Shown here one piece after another: positions 27,648 through 37,242 of a DNA stretch of 64,000 nucleotides. The notes below the pieces were generated by a model. That model was not told where the DNA came from. It searched no databases and saw nothing but the letters and a program-made list of their open reading frames with translations. The stretch is from Patescibacteria group bacterium (GTDB taxonomy: Bacteria; Patescibacteriota; Microgenomatia; UBA12405): the NCBI GenBank assembly GCA_023380755.1, contig JAMCSD010000006.1:39841-103840 (forward strand), read 5' to 3'. The number at the start of each line of letters is the position of its first letter. The first letter of the stretch is position 1. The translations under genes and the position numbers were made by a program.

Positions 27648-28193
27648 ATGGGGATATTACGAAACCTAATTAGAAATGTTGAACCAATTACTAGAGCCAC
27701 GGTACTTCTAAAAAACTATCAAACCAAACAGGATCAACTAATCCCTTTGGTGCTTCCAGTCTTAAATGATTACGATAAAGAGAAAAGGGCATTTCTGACA
27801 ACAATATCAATCGTGTCTGCTGCCGTTGGAGCATTTTCCTTTTTGTTATACAATAGCCCCTATGTTAAAAACCCCGATTTATTAAAACTTGGAGACATCT
27901 TAATTTTGCTGACTATTATTCTCTCGATAGTGGGTTGGCTTGTTGTTTTACACAGTAACCAGAAAAAACTTCACGATACATTCTGCGATCTTATAGATAG
28001 TCTTCACTCCGCCTCTGAAAATCTAGATAATTATATTCAGCAGAAAATTAGTCAAGAAGATTTTGAAAAGAAGTTGCAGAGCTTTAACAAAGAATATAAA
28101 AGACCGAATTTCCCAGATTACTATTGGCAAATTGGATGCTGTATCTTGTTTGTTACTTCATTAGTTTTTATTGCATTAAGTTTTTTTACTTAG
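27648..28193 (+). CDS. three-TM membrane protein
   Basis: Three hydrophobic segments; starts 5 nt after the hsdS stop. Confidence 0.7.
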   Translation: MGILRNLIRNVEPITRATVLLKNYQTKQDQLIPLVLPVLNDYDKEKRAFLTTISIVSAAVGAFSFLLYNSPYVKNPDLLKLGDILILLTIILSIVGWLVVLHSNQKKLHDTFCDLIDSLHSASENLDNYIQQKISQEDFEKKLQSFNKEYKRPNFPDYYWQIGCCILFVTSLVFIALSFFT

Positions 28194-28222
28194 AAGTATG
28201 GAGGTCATTCTAAAGGAAGATT

Positions 28223-29743
28223 ATGGTATGTTGGTGTGGAAGTGAAAAACCGATCAAAGAGTGTCATTTTACCGATACATGGACTATTCCTTCTGTGAAT
28301 GGATTTAAGATTTCACAACCTCCCGATATTACAGACGAGGTTAAAAATAATTTAATCACACATATCAAAAAAACAACTTCAATAGATATGGTGGATACAA
28401 ATCATACTTTTGAGATATGTATTCCCGAACAGAAAATCGAATTTCTTAAACAGTCGCTAATTTATTCTGAAAAAATAACAGGTTCTAACACTTTGTCGGT
28501 ACCGCCAGATTTTGTTAATTGGGGAACTCAGCCATCTTTATCATCGAATTTTGTTACTGATAACTTGAAGTTATTATCTGAAATTAAAGACATAACTGAA
28601 ATTAACAATTTCGTTAACTTTAAAAAATATATTGGTCACATCTTTTTCGCTTCACCCGCCTCAGATTTATCAAAGAATTTAAGACTTGTAACAAAAAAGT
28701 TTAAAGAATTCTATCCTGACGGTTATATCGATTTTATTAGCGTAGATAGTAGAAACTTCGTTTTACCTGTAATATTTAGAAGTTTTGCTAAACAAGATAT
28801 ATTAGGTATCGATTTAACTAAAAAATTAATAAACTCTTCGTGGAAAGAAAAGGTTCCATTAGAGACTGGGTCAGTTTACTTTGATATTATGTTTAATTTG
28901 TTTGGAGACGGTAGTTACGGTTTTGTGAATGCGTGGCTCGATAGATGTTTGCTTCTTACTTTTGGCCAAAGAATTTCATTTAAATATTTAAGTTATGCAT
29001 CTGCTTACTCGAAAGGTTCCGACATTGGTTTTTACGAAGGAGGTGTTGACCCCGGAATGCAAGTATTTGGAGTATCACCAAATGATTTTAGGCAGTTTAC
29101 TGCATGGTATATAAGGAAACTAAACCGGCTTCTATCCTATTTAAATCATTTCGCTACATTTGCCAACAGAGTTACTTCATTCATTGATCCTGTAGCACAT
29201 TACAAATATTACTTAACTTGGGAACAAATTCTTATTCTTGTTGCAAAAATATTAGGTACAGATGACCGCACAGTTAAAAAACAGTTAACTTTCGTCTTCC
29301 TCGACATAATGGCCCACCTTAAAGGAGGACTGATAGATCATCTTTTTAAACCTAGAATACTCAGCGATATATTGAATTCATTTAATGATTTACCTAATTC
29401 TCTTAGTAGTAAATATCGAACTCATGCAGAAATAGTATTTAATAACTTAATAGATGAGGTATATTCGGGAGTCATTCCCCAGTTTGCAGTAAATGATAAA
29501 GTTGTTCTTCCCTCAGGTAAAGAGTTCGATAAATTTTCTTATGTTGGAGCTTACCTTTCTGCTTTAAGAAATACGATACATGGTTATTCTGGTAGTACTG
29601 ATGAAGAATATAAGGAAGTTATGTTTATAAACAAAGGAGAAATACCAACAAGATTGGCAGAAATTGTACCCATACTTTTTATGTATTTATTAATAAAACC
29701 AGATGTCTTTTTTAAATCCAACATATTCTCCGACATTTTTTGA
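28223..29743 (+). CDS. SEC-C zinc-motif protein with a C-terminal HEPN-like R...H motif
   Basis: CWCGSEKPIKECH at the N-terminus; helical C-terminus containing ALRNTIHGY. Confidence 0.6.
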   Translation: MVCWCGSEKPIKECHFTDTWTIPSVNGFKISQPPDITDEVKNNLITHIKKTTSIDMVDTNHTFEICIPEQKIEFLKQSLIYSEKITGSNTLSVPPDFVNWGTQPSLSSNFVTDNLKLLSEIKDITEINNFVNFKKYIGHIFFASPASDLSKNLRLVTKKFKEFYPDGYIDFISVDSRNFVLPVIFRSFAKQDILGIDLTKKLINSSWKEKVPLETGSVYFDIMFNLFGDGSYGFVNAWLDRCLLLTFGQRISFKYLSYASAYSKGSDIGFYEGGVDPGMQVFGVSPNDFRQFTAWYIRKLNRLLSYLNHFATFANRVTSFIDPVAHYKYYLTWEQILILVAKILGTDDRTVKKQLTFVFLDIMAHLKGGLIDHLFKPRILSDILNSFNDLPNSLSSKYRTHAEIVFNNLIDEVYSGVIPQFAVNDKVVLPSGKEFDKFSYVGAYLSALRNTIHGYSGSTDEEYKEVMFINKGEIPTRLAEIVPILFMYLLIKPDVFFKSNIFSDIF

Positions 29744-31541
29744 TCCACCCAATCTATTTAAAGGCATCGTCTGTATAAGTAATAACTATTTGTATTCCGC
29801 CCAAATATCGAGTTGTTTCAATAAAGGAAAGTCGTATTTTGTTGTTCTGGAGCCACCAAGGACATTACATAAATATTGGGCAAACGAGTTCCCTATGCTA
29901 AATAATATAATCGCTAGAATAAGGCCGAGAACAATAATATTTTCCAAAGTTGACCAAAAAATAATTGACCAATTCAAAGAGCACTTAAAATTACCAGAAG
30001 GTAGATACCTCTACATTAACAACAAAGATCAGCTAAATCTATTTTTAAGAACATTTAAATCATCAACTAATGGCAGTCTGAAATGTCCTCCATCAAGAAT
30101 TAAGGTCACTTATGCATTACTAGAAGCAAAAAGACGTAATCTTCAGTTAGTTATTGACTCAAAGTCAACATACAAAATTAATAAGAACCAATCAAGCAAA
30201 CACATTATTGTATCTGATACTTTGGTAAATGTACTACCATGCCTTTTAGCAAATTACGCTTTTTCAATAGATGCAGATATTCGCGTAAGTAAAGTAGATT
30301 TAAAATACGAACCACAAGAAATAATTAGTATATTAGATGGCTCAAGAATAAAAGACAAAAGAGGAAGGGCTGCTCGAGAAATCACGAAAAGCATTGTTGC
30401 TGAAATTCAAAGCAAGTTAAGTTTCCTGAAAATATACGACTTTGTTTCTTTCTTCATAGATGATTTTCCTTACGGATATTTTTTTCCCGACAAACCGTCA
30501 ACTCATATTTACAACAAATCGTTACCAAGTCATTTCTTGGCAAAGTCAATTTCGGCAAAAGGTATTCATTTGCAATCTGCTCTATTAGTGGATACAGGCT
30601 TTTTCGAAAATTCGGAGACAGAGATTATCAATTTACAATTGCAAAGAAAAAATGTGGTTACTAAAGTCTTGGAAGGTAACAAATTTACAAATTTAGAACT
30701 AAGTAAGAATGTACAATTTTTACCATATGACTTTTTGTCCATCTGTAGTCATGGAGGTTTTCCTGAGGGTGTTCGTTTTAAAGTCAAATTCAAAGATAAA
30801 AATTGTTGTGATCATGTAATTGTCATAGATACTATTGACTCATTTTTCCCAACTAATAGAGGAGAAGGGGATAACAGAATAATCGATGTTCAAACATTTT
30901 ATGAATTTGTTGAACTTGACGGAAAACCCTGGTTTGAAAAGGAGTATAAACCGGGATCGTCTAAGACCTTGGTGGAAGATTTCTTGGCAATTGGGAGAGA
31001 TCATTGGCAGGTTGTCGAAAAACAAAAAGTATTTATGAGACATTGTAATGTAATTGAAACACAGGACAAACTCGGACCTTATGTTCCTATGATTCACAGT
31101 ATTTCCGATGTCTTTTCCACTCCTTTTATCTTTAACAATTCGTGTAGTTCAACTTATACACTTTCAAGTAATTTTTTATTTGCTGGCTCTATCGCTTATA
31201 TAGGTACAGTAAATTCTGTAGGAACTATAAGTGCTGTAAAAGTTGCGGAAATGTTTGCACAAAAAGCCATTTGCGAAGAGAAACCTATCGCACTATCGTT
31301 GTGGGAGTCTGTAAGTGAATTAAATATAGTGCCAAAATATAGAGTCTATGTTTGCTTTGGATGTCATTTTAATAAATTTTTCTTTTCCATTACTGATAAC
31401 AAATTAAATCTAAAAAAAAGGATAAGGATAGAAGCTTATATGAGAAAACAAAGAATTAACGATCAAAATATGGAAGATAGTGTAAAAATAAGACACTCAG
31501 AAGCAATAGACTTTCTATTTGATGAATATCAACGAATCTAA
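29703..31541 (+). CDS. protein with a C-terminal caspase-fold (CHAT/C25-like) protease domain
   Basis: YDFLSICSHGG (His-Gly), FIFNNSCSS (Cys), AGSIAYIGT, then a helix and YVCFG. Confidence 0.65.
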   Translation: MSFLNPTYSPTFFDPPNLFKGIVCISNNYLYSAQISSCFNKGKSYFVVLEPPRTLHKYWANEFPMLNNIIARIRPRTIIFSKVDQKIIDQFKEHLKLPEGRYLYINNKDQLNLFLRTFKSSTNGSLKCPPSRIKVTYALLEAKRRNLQLVIDSKSTYKINKNQSSKHIIVSDTLVNVLPCLLANYAFSIDADIRVSKVDLKYEPQEIISILDGSRIKDKRGRAAREITKSIVAEIQSKLSFLKIYDFVSFFIDDFPYGYFFPDKPSTHIYNKSLPSHFLAKSISAKGIHLQSALLVDTGFFENSETEIINLQLQRKNVVTKVLEGNKFTNLELSKNVQFLPYDFLSICSHGGFPEGVRFKVKFKDKNCCDHVIVIDTIDSFFPTNRGEGDNRIIDVQTFYEFVELDGKPWFEKEYKPGSSKTLVEDFLAIGRDHWQVVEKQKVFMRHCNVIETQDKLGPYVPMIHSISDVFSTPFIFNNSCSSTYTLSSNFLFAGSIAYIGTVNSVGTISAVKVAEMFAQKAICEEKPIALSLWESVSELNIVPKYRVYVCFGCHFNKFFFSITDNKLNLKKRIRIEAYMRKQRINDQNMEDSVKIRHSEAIDFLFDEYQRI

Positions 31542-32491
31542 TTAGAAGTTACTTCTCTCTTCAGCTTTTGAACATATTCCTTAAAAACATCATGCATTCT
31601 TGAACTAGATTCAATTAAGAAGGAAATCATTTTTGGCCAATCAGACTCATTGAAAATATCTACTCCGGTCAATTCTGCTTTTATTCTGGAAGTTACACGA
31701 TCCTCCATTCTTTCCCAAATCAAAGGTTTACCGAATTTCAATTCAATATCTTCCTTTGATTTCACAAAAAAATCAAAAATCTCTTTGTTCTTAGTAACTT
31801 CTCCCTTGTTTATATATATTTCTGAACGAGCATAGGTACTAGTTGCAACAAGATTCAAACTTACACCAGAATAACCTAACGCTATACCGAGCCAAGCATC
31901 ATTAGTCGGATTCAGATTTTGGCACAATCTATTGTTTTTATTCATAGCTTCAATCAATTTTGTCCAGAATTCTCGTCTGACAGTAAATCTTCTTGCTGAA
32001 TCTTTTTTTTCAGCTCCGACTTTCTTCATTTCTACAGTAGGTCTCTCAACTACAGTAAAAAGGGGAGCAACTGACTCTTGCCCCTCAATTTTAATTCCTT
32101 CTACTTTAACCAAATAAAAATACATATTATCTGGCGTCGTCTCATTAAGCCATTCGACAACCTGTCGATGTTCTTCAGTGGGTTTTGCTGTTACCCAGAT
32201 AGCTATATTTGCGTCAAGGTTTACTAAATACGTGATAATTTGACCCAAATGAGTATGGTCAGTTTTTTCAAGTTGATTCTCAATAATTACTTTATTTCCA
32301 AATCCATCCTCCCCGTAAATATCTACTCGATATGGACCAACGTTTTCTTCAACCGCCTGGACAGAAATATCTAGGTCAATAATTTCATTCAGGTAGTCAA
32401 TGTTATTCGCCAACCACTTAGTAAAATCAGCAGCTTCATTTTTCCAAATATTTCGCAGGTCAACTTTTTGAATTTTATTAATTACGGGCAT
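31538..32491 (-). CDS. DUF4268 domain protein with an N-terminal PD-(D/E)xK-type (NucS-like) domain
   Basis: LRNIWKNEAADFTKWL, RVDI, IIENQLEKTDHTHLGQIITY; C-terminal FWT...W. Confidence 0.8.
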   Translation of the reverse strand: MPVINKIQKVDLRNIWKNEAADFTKWLANNIDYLNEIIDLDISVQAVEENVGPYRVDIYGEDGFGNKVIIENQLEKTDHTHLGQIITYLVNLDANIAIWVTAKPTEEHRQVVEWLNETTPDNMYFYLVKVEGIKIEGQESVAPLFTVVERPTVEMKKVGAEKKDSARRFTVRREFWTKLIEAMNKNNRLCQNLNPTNDAWLGIALGYSGVSLNLVATSTYARSEIYINKGEVTKNKEIFDFFVKSKEDIELKFGKPLIWERMEDRVTSRIKAELTGVDIFNESDWPKMISFLIESSSRMHDVFKEYVQKLKREVTSN

Positions 32492-32556
32492 TACTGAATC
32501 GTAATTGTTTTAACAATATCCAATGATACCACTAAAATCCAATATAGGGCGAAAAT

Positions 32557-33060
32557 CTACGGCATAAACATATATCCGTATTCATCGCTTGGTCCAAAGT
32601 AGTGAGATTTGTTCAGAAGAGTATCTGCTAATTCCCAAGCAGTCATATCCTCCGAAATCCTATAACTCGCTACAACATCTATCGAACCATTTGTCCCGAC
32701 TGCTAAAGCTCCCGGATTGCCTTGGGTTGTATCTTTGGTATGCTCCAAAGCATACATAAATGCCTTTTCACTTCTAATGAAACCGTAGTATTCGAGATTG
32801 CTTATTATCGCTTCCAAAGTTGAACCGCTACCCGGTCTGAAATCCACTGTTTCGCTTTGCTTCTGTCGTTCCAAATCGCTTTGAGTAAATCGTAATTTCT
32901 CCACAAAGTAATCTTCAACTTTTTTGGGCGACTGCCAACTTTTACCTGGGGCTTTAAAATCGTCTTCCGGTATTTTGGGAGCCTGTTTTTGCCATAACAC
33001 CGCACCCAATCCTACTACCATCATCACTACCAAAATCGGAAATACTATTTTCATATTCAT
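32557..33060 (-). CDS. membrane-anchored protein with an MltG/YceG N-terminal-like segment
   Basis: TM anchor; TLEAIISNLEYYGFIRSEKAF...YRISEDMTAWELADTL. Start inferred at MNMKIV. Confidence 0.5.
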   Translation of the reverse strand: MNMKIVFPILVVMMVVGLGAVLWQKQAPKIPEDDFKAPGKSWQSPKKVEDYFVEKLRFTQSDLERQKQSETVDFRPGSGSTLEAIISNLEYYGFIRSEKAFMYALEHTKDTTQGNPGALAVGTNGSIDVVASYRISEDMTAWELADTLLNKSHYFGPSDEYGYMFMP

Positions 33061-33134
33061 GACTAATTCTACTGCATATAAGAGAGTTATTGTCTTAGTA
33101 TGCCTGCAAACACACAAAATGGTACTATCTTTGT

Positions 33135-33902
33135 ATGAAACAAATCATTATCAATGAAGATGAGTATGACGAATTATTTAGTAAGGCAGCGAAAATTGTT
33201 CAAGAAACCCAAAAAGCCAGTGCTTCCTTAATCCAGAGAAAATTTAATATCGGTTATGCTCGTTCTGCTAGATTACTGGATGAACTTGAACACGCCGGTC
33301 TAGTTGGACCTTCAAGAGGAGCCAAACCACGAAAAATACTTATTCCCAAAGAAGAAGAAATTAAAGTTAAAAAAATTAGGTCCAAGGCAAATGACACGGT
33401 ATCAGCTAATGTTGTCGCTGAGAAATACAAAGAGAAACATGGTAATTATGTCAGGAAAATTGCTGCCGTTATTGAGCAGACTTTGAGTAGTTTCGGTATT
33501 ACTGCTCGTGTAGCTGAAGTAAACAACCGGCCCAATGATATTGAGTACTGCATAGAAATTGCCCTTGGTACTCGAACAGCAGATATTTTAGCTTTAGAAA
33601 ACGATATTGCTTTGGCACTAGCTTGCCCACCTGAGTTTTTAGTTATCGAAGCACCTATTCCGGGTCGATCCTTAATTGCTATCCGAACCCCATATCCTAA
33701 CTATGAGAATATAGAACCGACAAAATTATTACCGCCCCCCGAAGATAAGAAAGATGAGTTCCCCGATATAAAAAGAGATGATTTTGAAAATACTTGGATG
33801 AAAATAAGAGCTTACCTTAGTTTTGTGTTTTATCTTATCGCCCGATTATTTAACGTCATTGCTAATTTTATTTATCCCGAACGAAAACAAGATATTTCCT
33901 GA
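33135..33902 (+). CDS. FtsK gamma + FtsK alpha domain protein without the ATPase motor
   Basis: DELFSKAAKIV..QKASASLIQRKFNIGYARSARLLDELE..GLVGP (gamma); IEQTLSSFGI...DIALALA...IEAPIPGRSLIAI (alpha); no Walker A. Confidence 0.8.
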   Translation: MKQIIINEDEYDELFSKAAKIVQETQKASASLIQRKFNIGYARSARLLDELEHAGLVGPSRGAKPRKILIPKEEEIKVKKIRSKANDTVSANVVAEKYKEKHGNYVRKIAAVIEQTLSSFGITARVAEVNNRPNDIEYCIEIALGTRTADILALENDIALALACPPEFLVIEAPIPGRSLIAIRTPYPNYENIEPTKLLPPPEDKKDEFPDIKRDDFENTWMKIRAYLSFVFYLIARLFNVIANFIYPERKQDIS

Positions 33903-34027
33903 TAGAAAATTAAGTTTTTCATAGCACAAACTTTACATTTCTCCCACTACGTTCCATATCTCCATGATGGCGGGGAGCCATCTTTCGCTAAAGCTTCAGA
34001 TGGCTTCGCCTATCGAAGCCGTCAACA

Positions 34028-34303
34028 ATGATGTTTTATACCTATATTCTCCAAAGTTCAAAATCTCACCATTTTTATTACGGTCACACCAAAGACTTAA
34101 AATCACGTTTTACGCTTCATAATTCCGGACAAGTACCATCAACTAAACCATATTTGCCATGGAAACTCGTTTGGTACTGTGCCTTTGAAACATTAAACCA
34201 AGCAAAAGATTTTGAACTTTATCTAAAAAGTGGTTCCGGCAAAGCCTTTGCCTTCAAAAGGTTAATTTCTGTAGCTTTGGCGAAAAATGCTAAACTCAAG
34301 TAA
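34028..34303 (+). CDS. small GIY-YIG nuclease family protein
   Basis: FYTYILQS...YYGHTKDLKSRFTLHNSG...TKPYLPWKLV...FELYLKSGSG. Confidence 0.92.
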   Translation: MMFYTYILQSSKSHHFYYGHTKDLKSRFTLHNSGQVPSTKPYLPWKLVWYCAFETLNQAKDFELYLKSGSGKAFAFKRLISVALAKNAKLK

Positions 34304-34336
34304 TCCCAGGTGATCCGTAGCCGAAGGCGAAGGACA

Positions 34337-34350
34337 CCACGCAGGGGAGC
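34337..34350 (+). repeat. duplicated tRNA-Asn 3' fragment
   Basis: CCACGCAGGGGAGC versus tRNA CCACGCGGGGGAGC (13/14). Confidence 0.7.
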
Positions 34351-34378
34351 ATATTAAAAATAGGAGAAACAGAGACTT

Positions 34379-35095
34379 TTAAAACCTCCAAGGTTCCATC
34401 ACTTTTTCTTTATCAAAGCCTAGATCCAACATTATTTTCTGGCAATCGTTTTGAATTTCCAAAAGTAAGGTAATTATCTCATCAGATGACGTTTTCAGGT
34501 TTAATAGGGCAAGCTCATTAATCTTTTCTACGTCAAATAGCTTCTCTTTTTCAATCATATACCATCTCCATTTTTGTGGTGGTATGGTCTTGTTTTGATA
34601 TAAGTAAATAAACTTACTTAATGAATCTAAAATATTTGACAAAACAATATGTCCACCGATAATTTGCTTTCTTTTCAAACACTTTTCTAGATCGTAATGT
34701 AAATACAATTTTGAATAATTATTCCAAAGTAAACCAGTCTTATCGATTCCTTCTAAATTATTTCTTGCCTTTTCTAATAACTTCCTGCATTCATTTTTCG
34801 GATCGTAAATGATGATTGCTTTCTCAATAATCCAAGCTTGTTCCGAGTCTAATGTTAGGTTATTAAACAACCAATCCGACATCATTTCATCAACCTCTAT
34901 CTTCAAATTTGAAACCTTATACTGTTTCATAGGTTGGCTTTTGTGGTCTTTGTCAACAAGGATTCGGATATCAATATCTGTAAATCCATCTTTAATTCCA
35001 AAGCTCGAAGAACCAATCCATAGTATTCCAACTAAATCCGGATAATTGCAGTATTTAACCGACTCATTTCTGGCAATTTCTTCATATGTATACAT
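34379..35095 (-). CDS. nucleotidyltransferase domain protein (Pol-beta/KNTase-like)
   Basis: GILWIGSSSFG...DIDIRILV, IIYDP, helical C-domain with PPQKWR. Confidence 0.8.
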   Translation of the reverse strand: MYTYEEIARNESVKYCNYPDLVGILWIGSSSFGIKDGFTDIDIRILVDKDHKSQPMKQYKVSNLKIEVDEMMSDWLFNNLTLDSEQAWIIEKAIIIYDPKNECRKLLEKARNNLEGIDKTGLLWNNYSKLYLHYDLEKCLKRKQIIGGHIVLSNILDSLSKFIYLYQNKTIPPQKWRWYMIEKEKLFDVEKINELALLNLKTSSDEIITLLLEIQNDCQKIMLDLGFDKEKVMEPWRF

Positions 35096-35274
35096 ACCTA
35101 GGATAATACAGCGTTTTAATTTCTTTGGAAGTTAACAGTATAAACCATAGAAAAAACCTTATTATATTTTTTCCTGATGTTTTCCATCTCCGAGTGCAAA
35201 AATATTGATCCCCAAAATTTTCTTTATGATCCATTACGCCGGTACGAATCCCTCTTTTGCTATAATTCCTTTCA

Positions 35275-35955
35275 ATGATTGATCAGGAATTACAGGAGTT
35301 TAAGCAAAAACTAGTAAAGCAAAATAAGCCAGGTTTAGTCTTGGATATTGATGAAACTTTATCGTGGACCGTCTCTTATTGGGTAGAACAATTACAACAA
35401 CGCTTTGGCAATCCCGAGAATTTGTCGATTATCGAAATCATCGCCAAGTACAAATACGCCCAGAATGTGCCTTATTGGCAGTCAAAAGAAGCCCAAGATT
35501 GGATGGAAGCGGCTCGGGAAAGTAATGCTTTCCAGGAGAATCTACCCCTTATTGAAAATTCAAATAATATTGTTGAACGTATTAATAAAATTGTTCCCAT
35601 TGTTGGTTACTTAACCATTCGGCCTCGCAAGGTTATCCCCGGAACACAACGATGGTTACAAAAACACCGCTTTCCTCAAGTTGATATTTTAGCCCGACCC
35701 AACACCATCCCCAGCGCTGATGGCAACAAATGGAAAGCCGCAGTCCTTAATTTCCTTTACCCGCAAATAATCGGCATCATCGACGACAACCCCGCCGTTG
35801 TCAGCCTCTTGCCCCCGGATTACGCCGGCCGAATTTATCTTTACGACAGCGATGTTGCCCCCGCAGGGAAAATAACAGTTTTCCCCTGCAAAACCTGGTC
35901 CGACGTTTACACCCAAGTTAAACAGTCTTTCCTGGCGAAACAACAGAACCCTTAA
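35275..35955 (+). CDS. HAD-superfamily hydrolase (5'-nucleotidase-like)
   Basis: LVLDIDETL, YLTIRP, GIIDDNP. Confidence 0.8.
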   Translation: MIDQELQEFKQKLVKQNKPGLVLDIDETLSWTVSYWVEQLQQRFGNPENLSIIEIIAKYKYAQNVPYWQSKEAQDWMEAARESNAFQENLPLIENSNNIVERINKIVPIVGYLTIRPRKVIPGTQRWLQKHRFPQVDILARPNTIPSADGNKWKAAVLNFLYPQIIGIIDDNPAVVSLLPPDYAGRIYLYDSDVAPAGKITVFPCKTWSDVYTQVKQSFLAKQQNP

Positions 35956-36261
35956 GTCTAAAATCTTTCCACTCTTCGAGCAAAACGGAACTAGAGTGTG
36001 TGTATTTCATACCTCGCAGAATTAGATTGATCGTGAATTCCGGGTCTCCAAACTCCCAGAACACCCGAAGCTAAAATGGAAAAGACGGTGAGCATCAAGA
36101 CAGATAATATGACCTTAGAACGAGGCATGGGCGAGAAAGGGGCAGTTGTTATTTTTGACCTGAATAAATATTGGAATATCCGAACGAAAGAGCTGGTTGT
36201 TCCTCTCCCTTTGCAATAAGACGAGATCAACAATATCAAACGCACCATGATAGCATTAAAT

Positions 36262-37122
36262 ATGGATAAAAATAAATTTGCGTTTTTATTGTTAACCGTT
36301 TTTTTCTTGGCCTCTCCAAACATCTCTTTTGCTTATAACTTAAGCTTGGATGTCAACCAACTCGGAAAAGTAACTTATTCCTACCCCACCGTTTTGGGTG
36401 ATGAAGACAAACCGGAAGATCTTAAGCCGGAAAATAACACAGAACAACAAAAACCGGAAAGAAAAGAAACTCCCCAGATCGAGAAACCGGAAACAGTAGA
36501 GATTAAAGAAGCAGAAAATAAAATCAAGGTTGAACTAAGAGATCAGAACCATGTCGAACAACAGTTAAGTCCGGAAAATATTAATTTACAATTTTCTTCT
36601 GTTCCCAATACCGCCCCAACCCAGGAACTGGAAGTGAAAGATATTGGTAATAGTCGGGTTGGTGATACCAAGGAAGTCCTTCAAGAGCGGACCCTACGTA
36701 AAGACGAGAAAGTCAAAATTCAAAGCGAAACCCACAATGATGGCACCATTGAAACACAATTAGAATCAAGGGATGTTAATGCAAAAATTAAAAATAATGA
36801 AATTGAATTAAATATAAAAAACAACAACATCGGTATTACTGATAACCAGGGTAAAGAGATCAATTTAGTCCATCTTCCTGACCAGGCTGTTCAAAAATTT
36901 AGTGACTTAGGCGTCACTACCAACCCGGATACGTTGGAAGTTGGCCTGTCCGGCAATAATTTTGAATATACTGTTACGGCTACCAAAATGCAAAAACTTT
37001 TCGGGATCTTCCCTCGGTTGATAAATTTACAGTTGAGCCTCAATGATAGTAATGGTAATATCGTGCAGCAAAAAGTGGCTAAAAACCTAGAAGAACAAAT
37101 ATTAAATATATTTTCTTTTTAA
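36262..37122 (+). CDS. secreted/surface hypothetical protein
   Basis: Signal peptide, acidic linker, LVHLPDQAV...KLFGIFP. Confidence 0.7.
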   Translation: MDKNKFAFLLLTVFFLASPNISFAYNLSLDVNQLGKVTYSYPTVLGDEDKPEDLKPENNTEQQKPERKETPQIEKPETVEIKEAENKIKVELRDQNHVEQQLSPENINLQFSSVPNTAPTQELEVKDIGNSRVGDTKEVLQERTLRKDEKVKIQSETHNDGTIETQLESRDVNAKIKNNEIELNIKNNNIGITDNQGKEINLVHLPDQAVQKFSDLGVTTNPDTLEVGLSGNNFEYTVTATKMQKLFGIFPRLINLQLSLNDSNGNIVQQKVAKNLEEQILNIFSF

Positions 37123-37242
37123 TGTCCTCTAATTTTATATATAAACCTTAAAAATATCACCCAAAAAAAGGCATAAAGATTTTTGACATCTCTCCTCAGG
37201 TTAACTATCCTTAAACTAGCACGGTTAGTTGTTAATTTGCAG

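Larger units (their letters stand above)
16163..33980. mobile_element. integrative element / genomic island (about 17.8 kb) in tRNA-Asn
   Basis: GGGGAGCCA occurs at 16163-16171 and 33972-33980. The inner arms GCCAACATGGA and TCCATGATGGC are an imperfect inverted repeat. Serine recombinase at the left end; visibly AT-richer than the flanks; carries TerS and RM genes. Confidence 0.85.

Noticed and set aside
16130..33980. Complete prophage or conjugative ICE
   Set aside because: No capsid, portal, TerL, tail, lysis, relaxase or T4SS genes are recognisable inside the boundaries.
34337..34350. This tRNA-Asn fragment as attR of the serine-integrase island
   Set aside because: The 33961-33980 site has an inverted arm matching attL and restores an open integrase frame. 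This fragment fits the GIY-YIG cassette better, though it is not formally excluded.
35991..36323. Minus-strand 110-aa ORF, and the many antisense or alternate-frame ORFs in the track
   Set aside because: They have no motifs and overlap well-supported genes, so I treated them as shadow ORFs.
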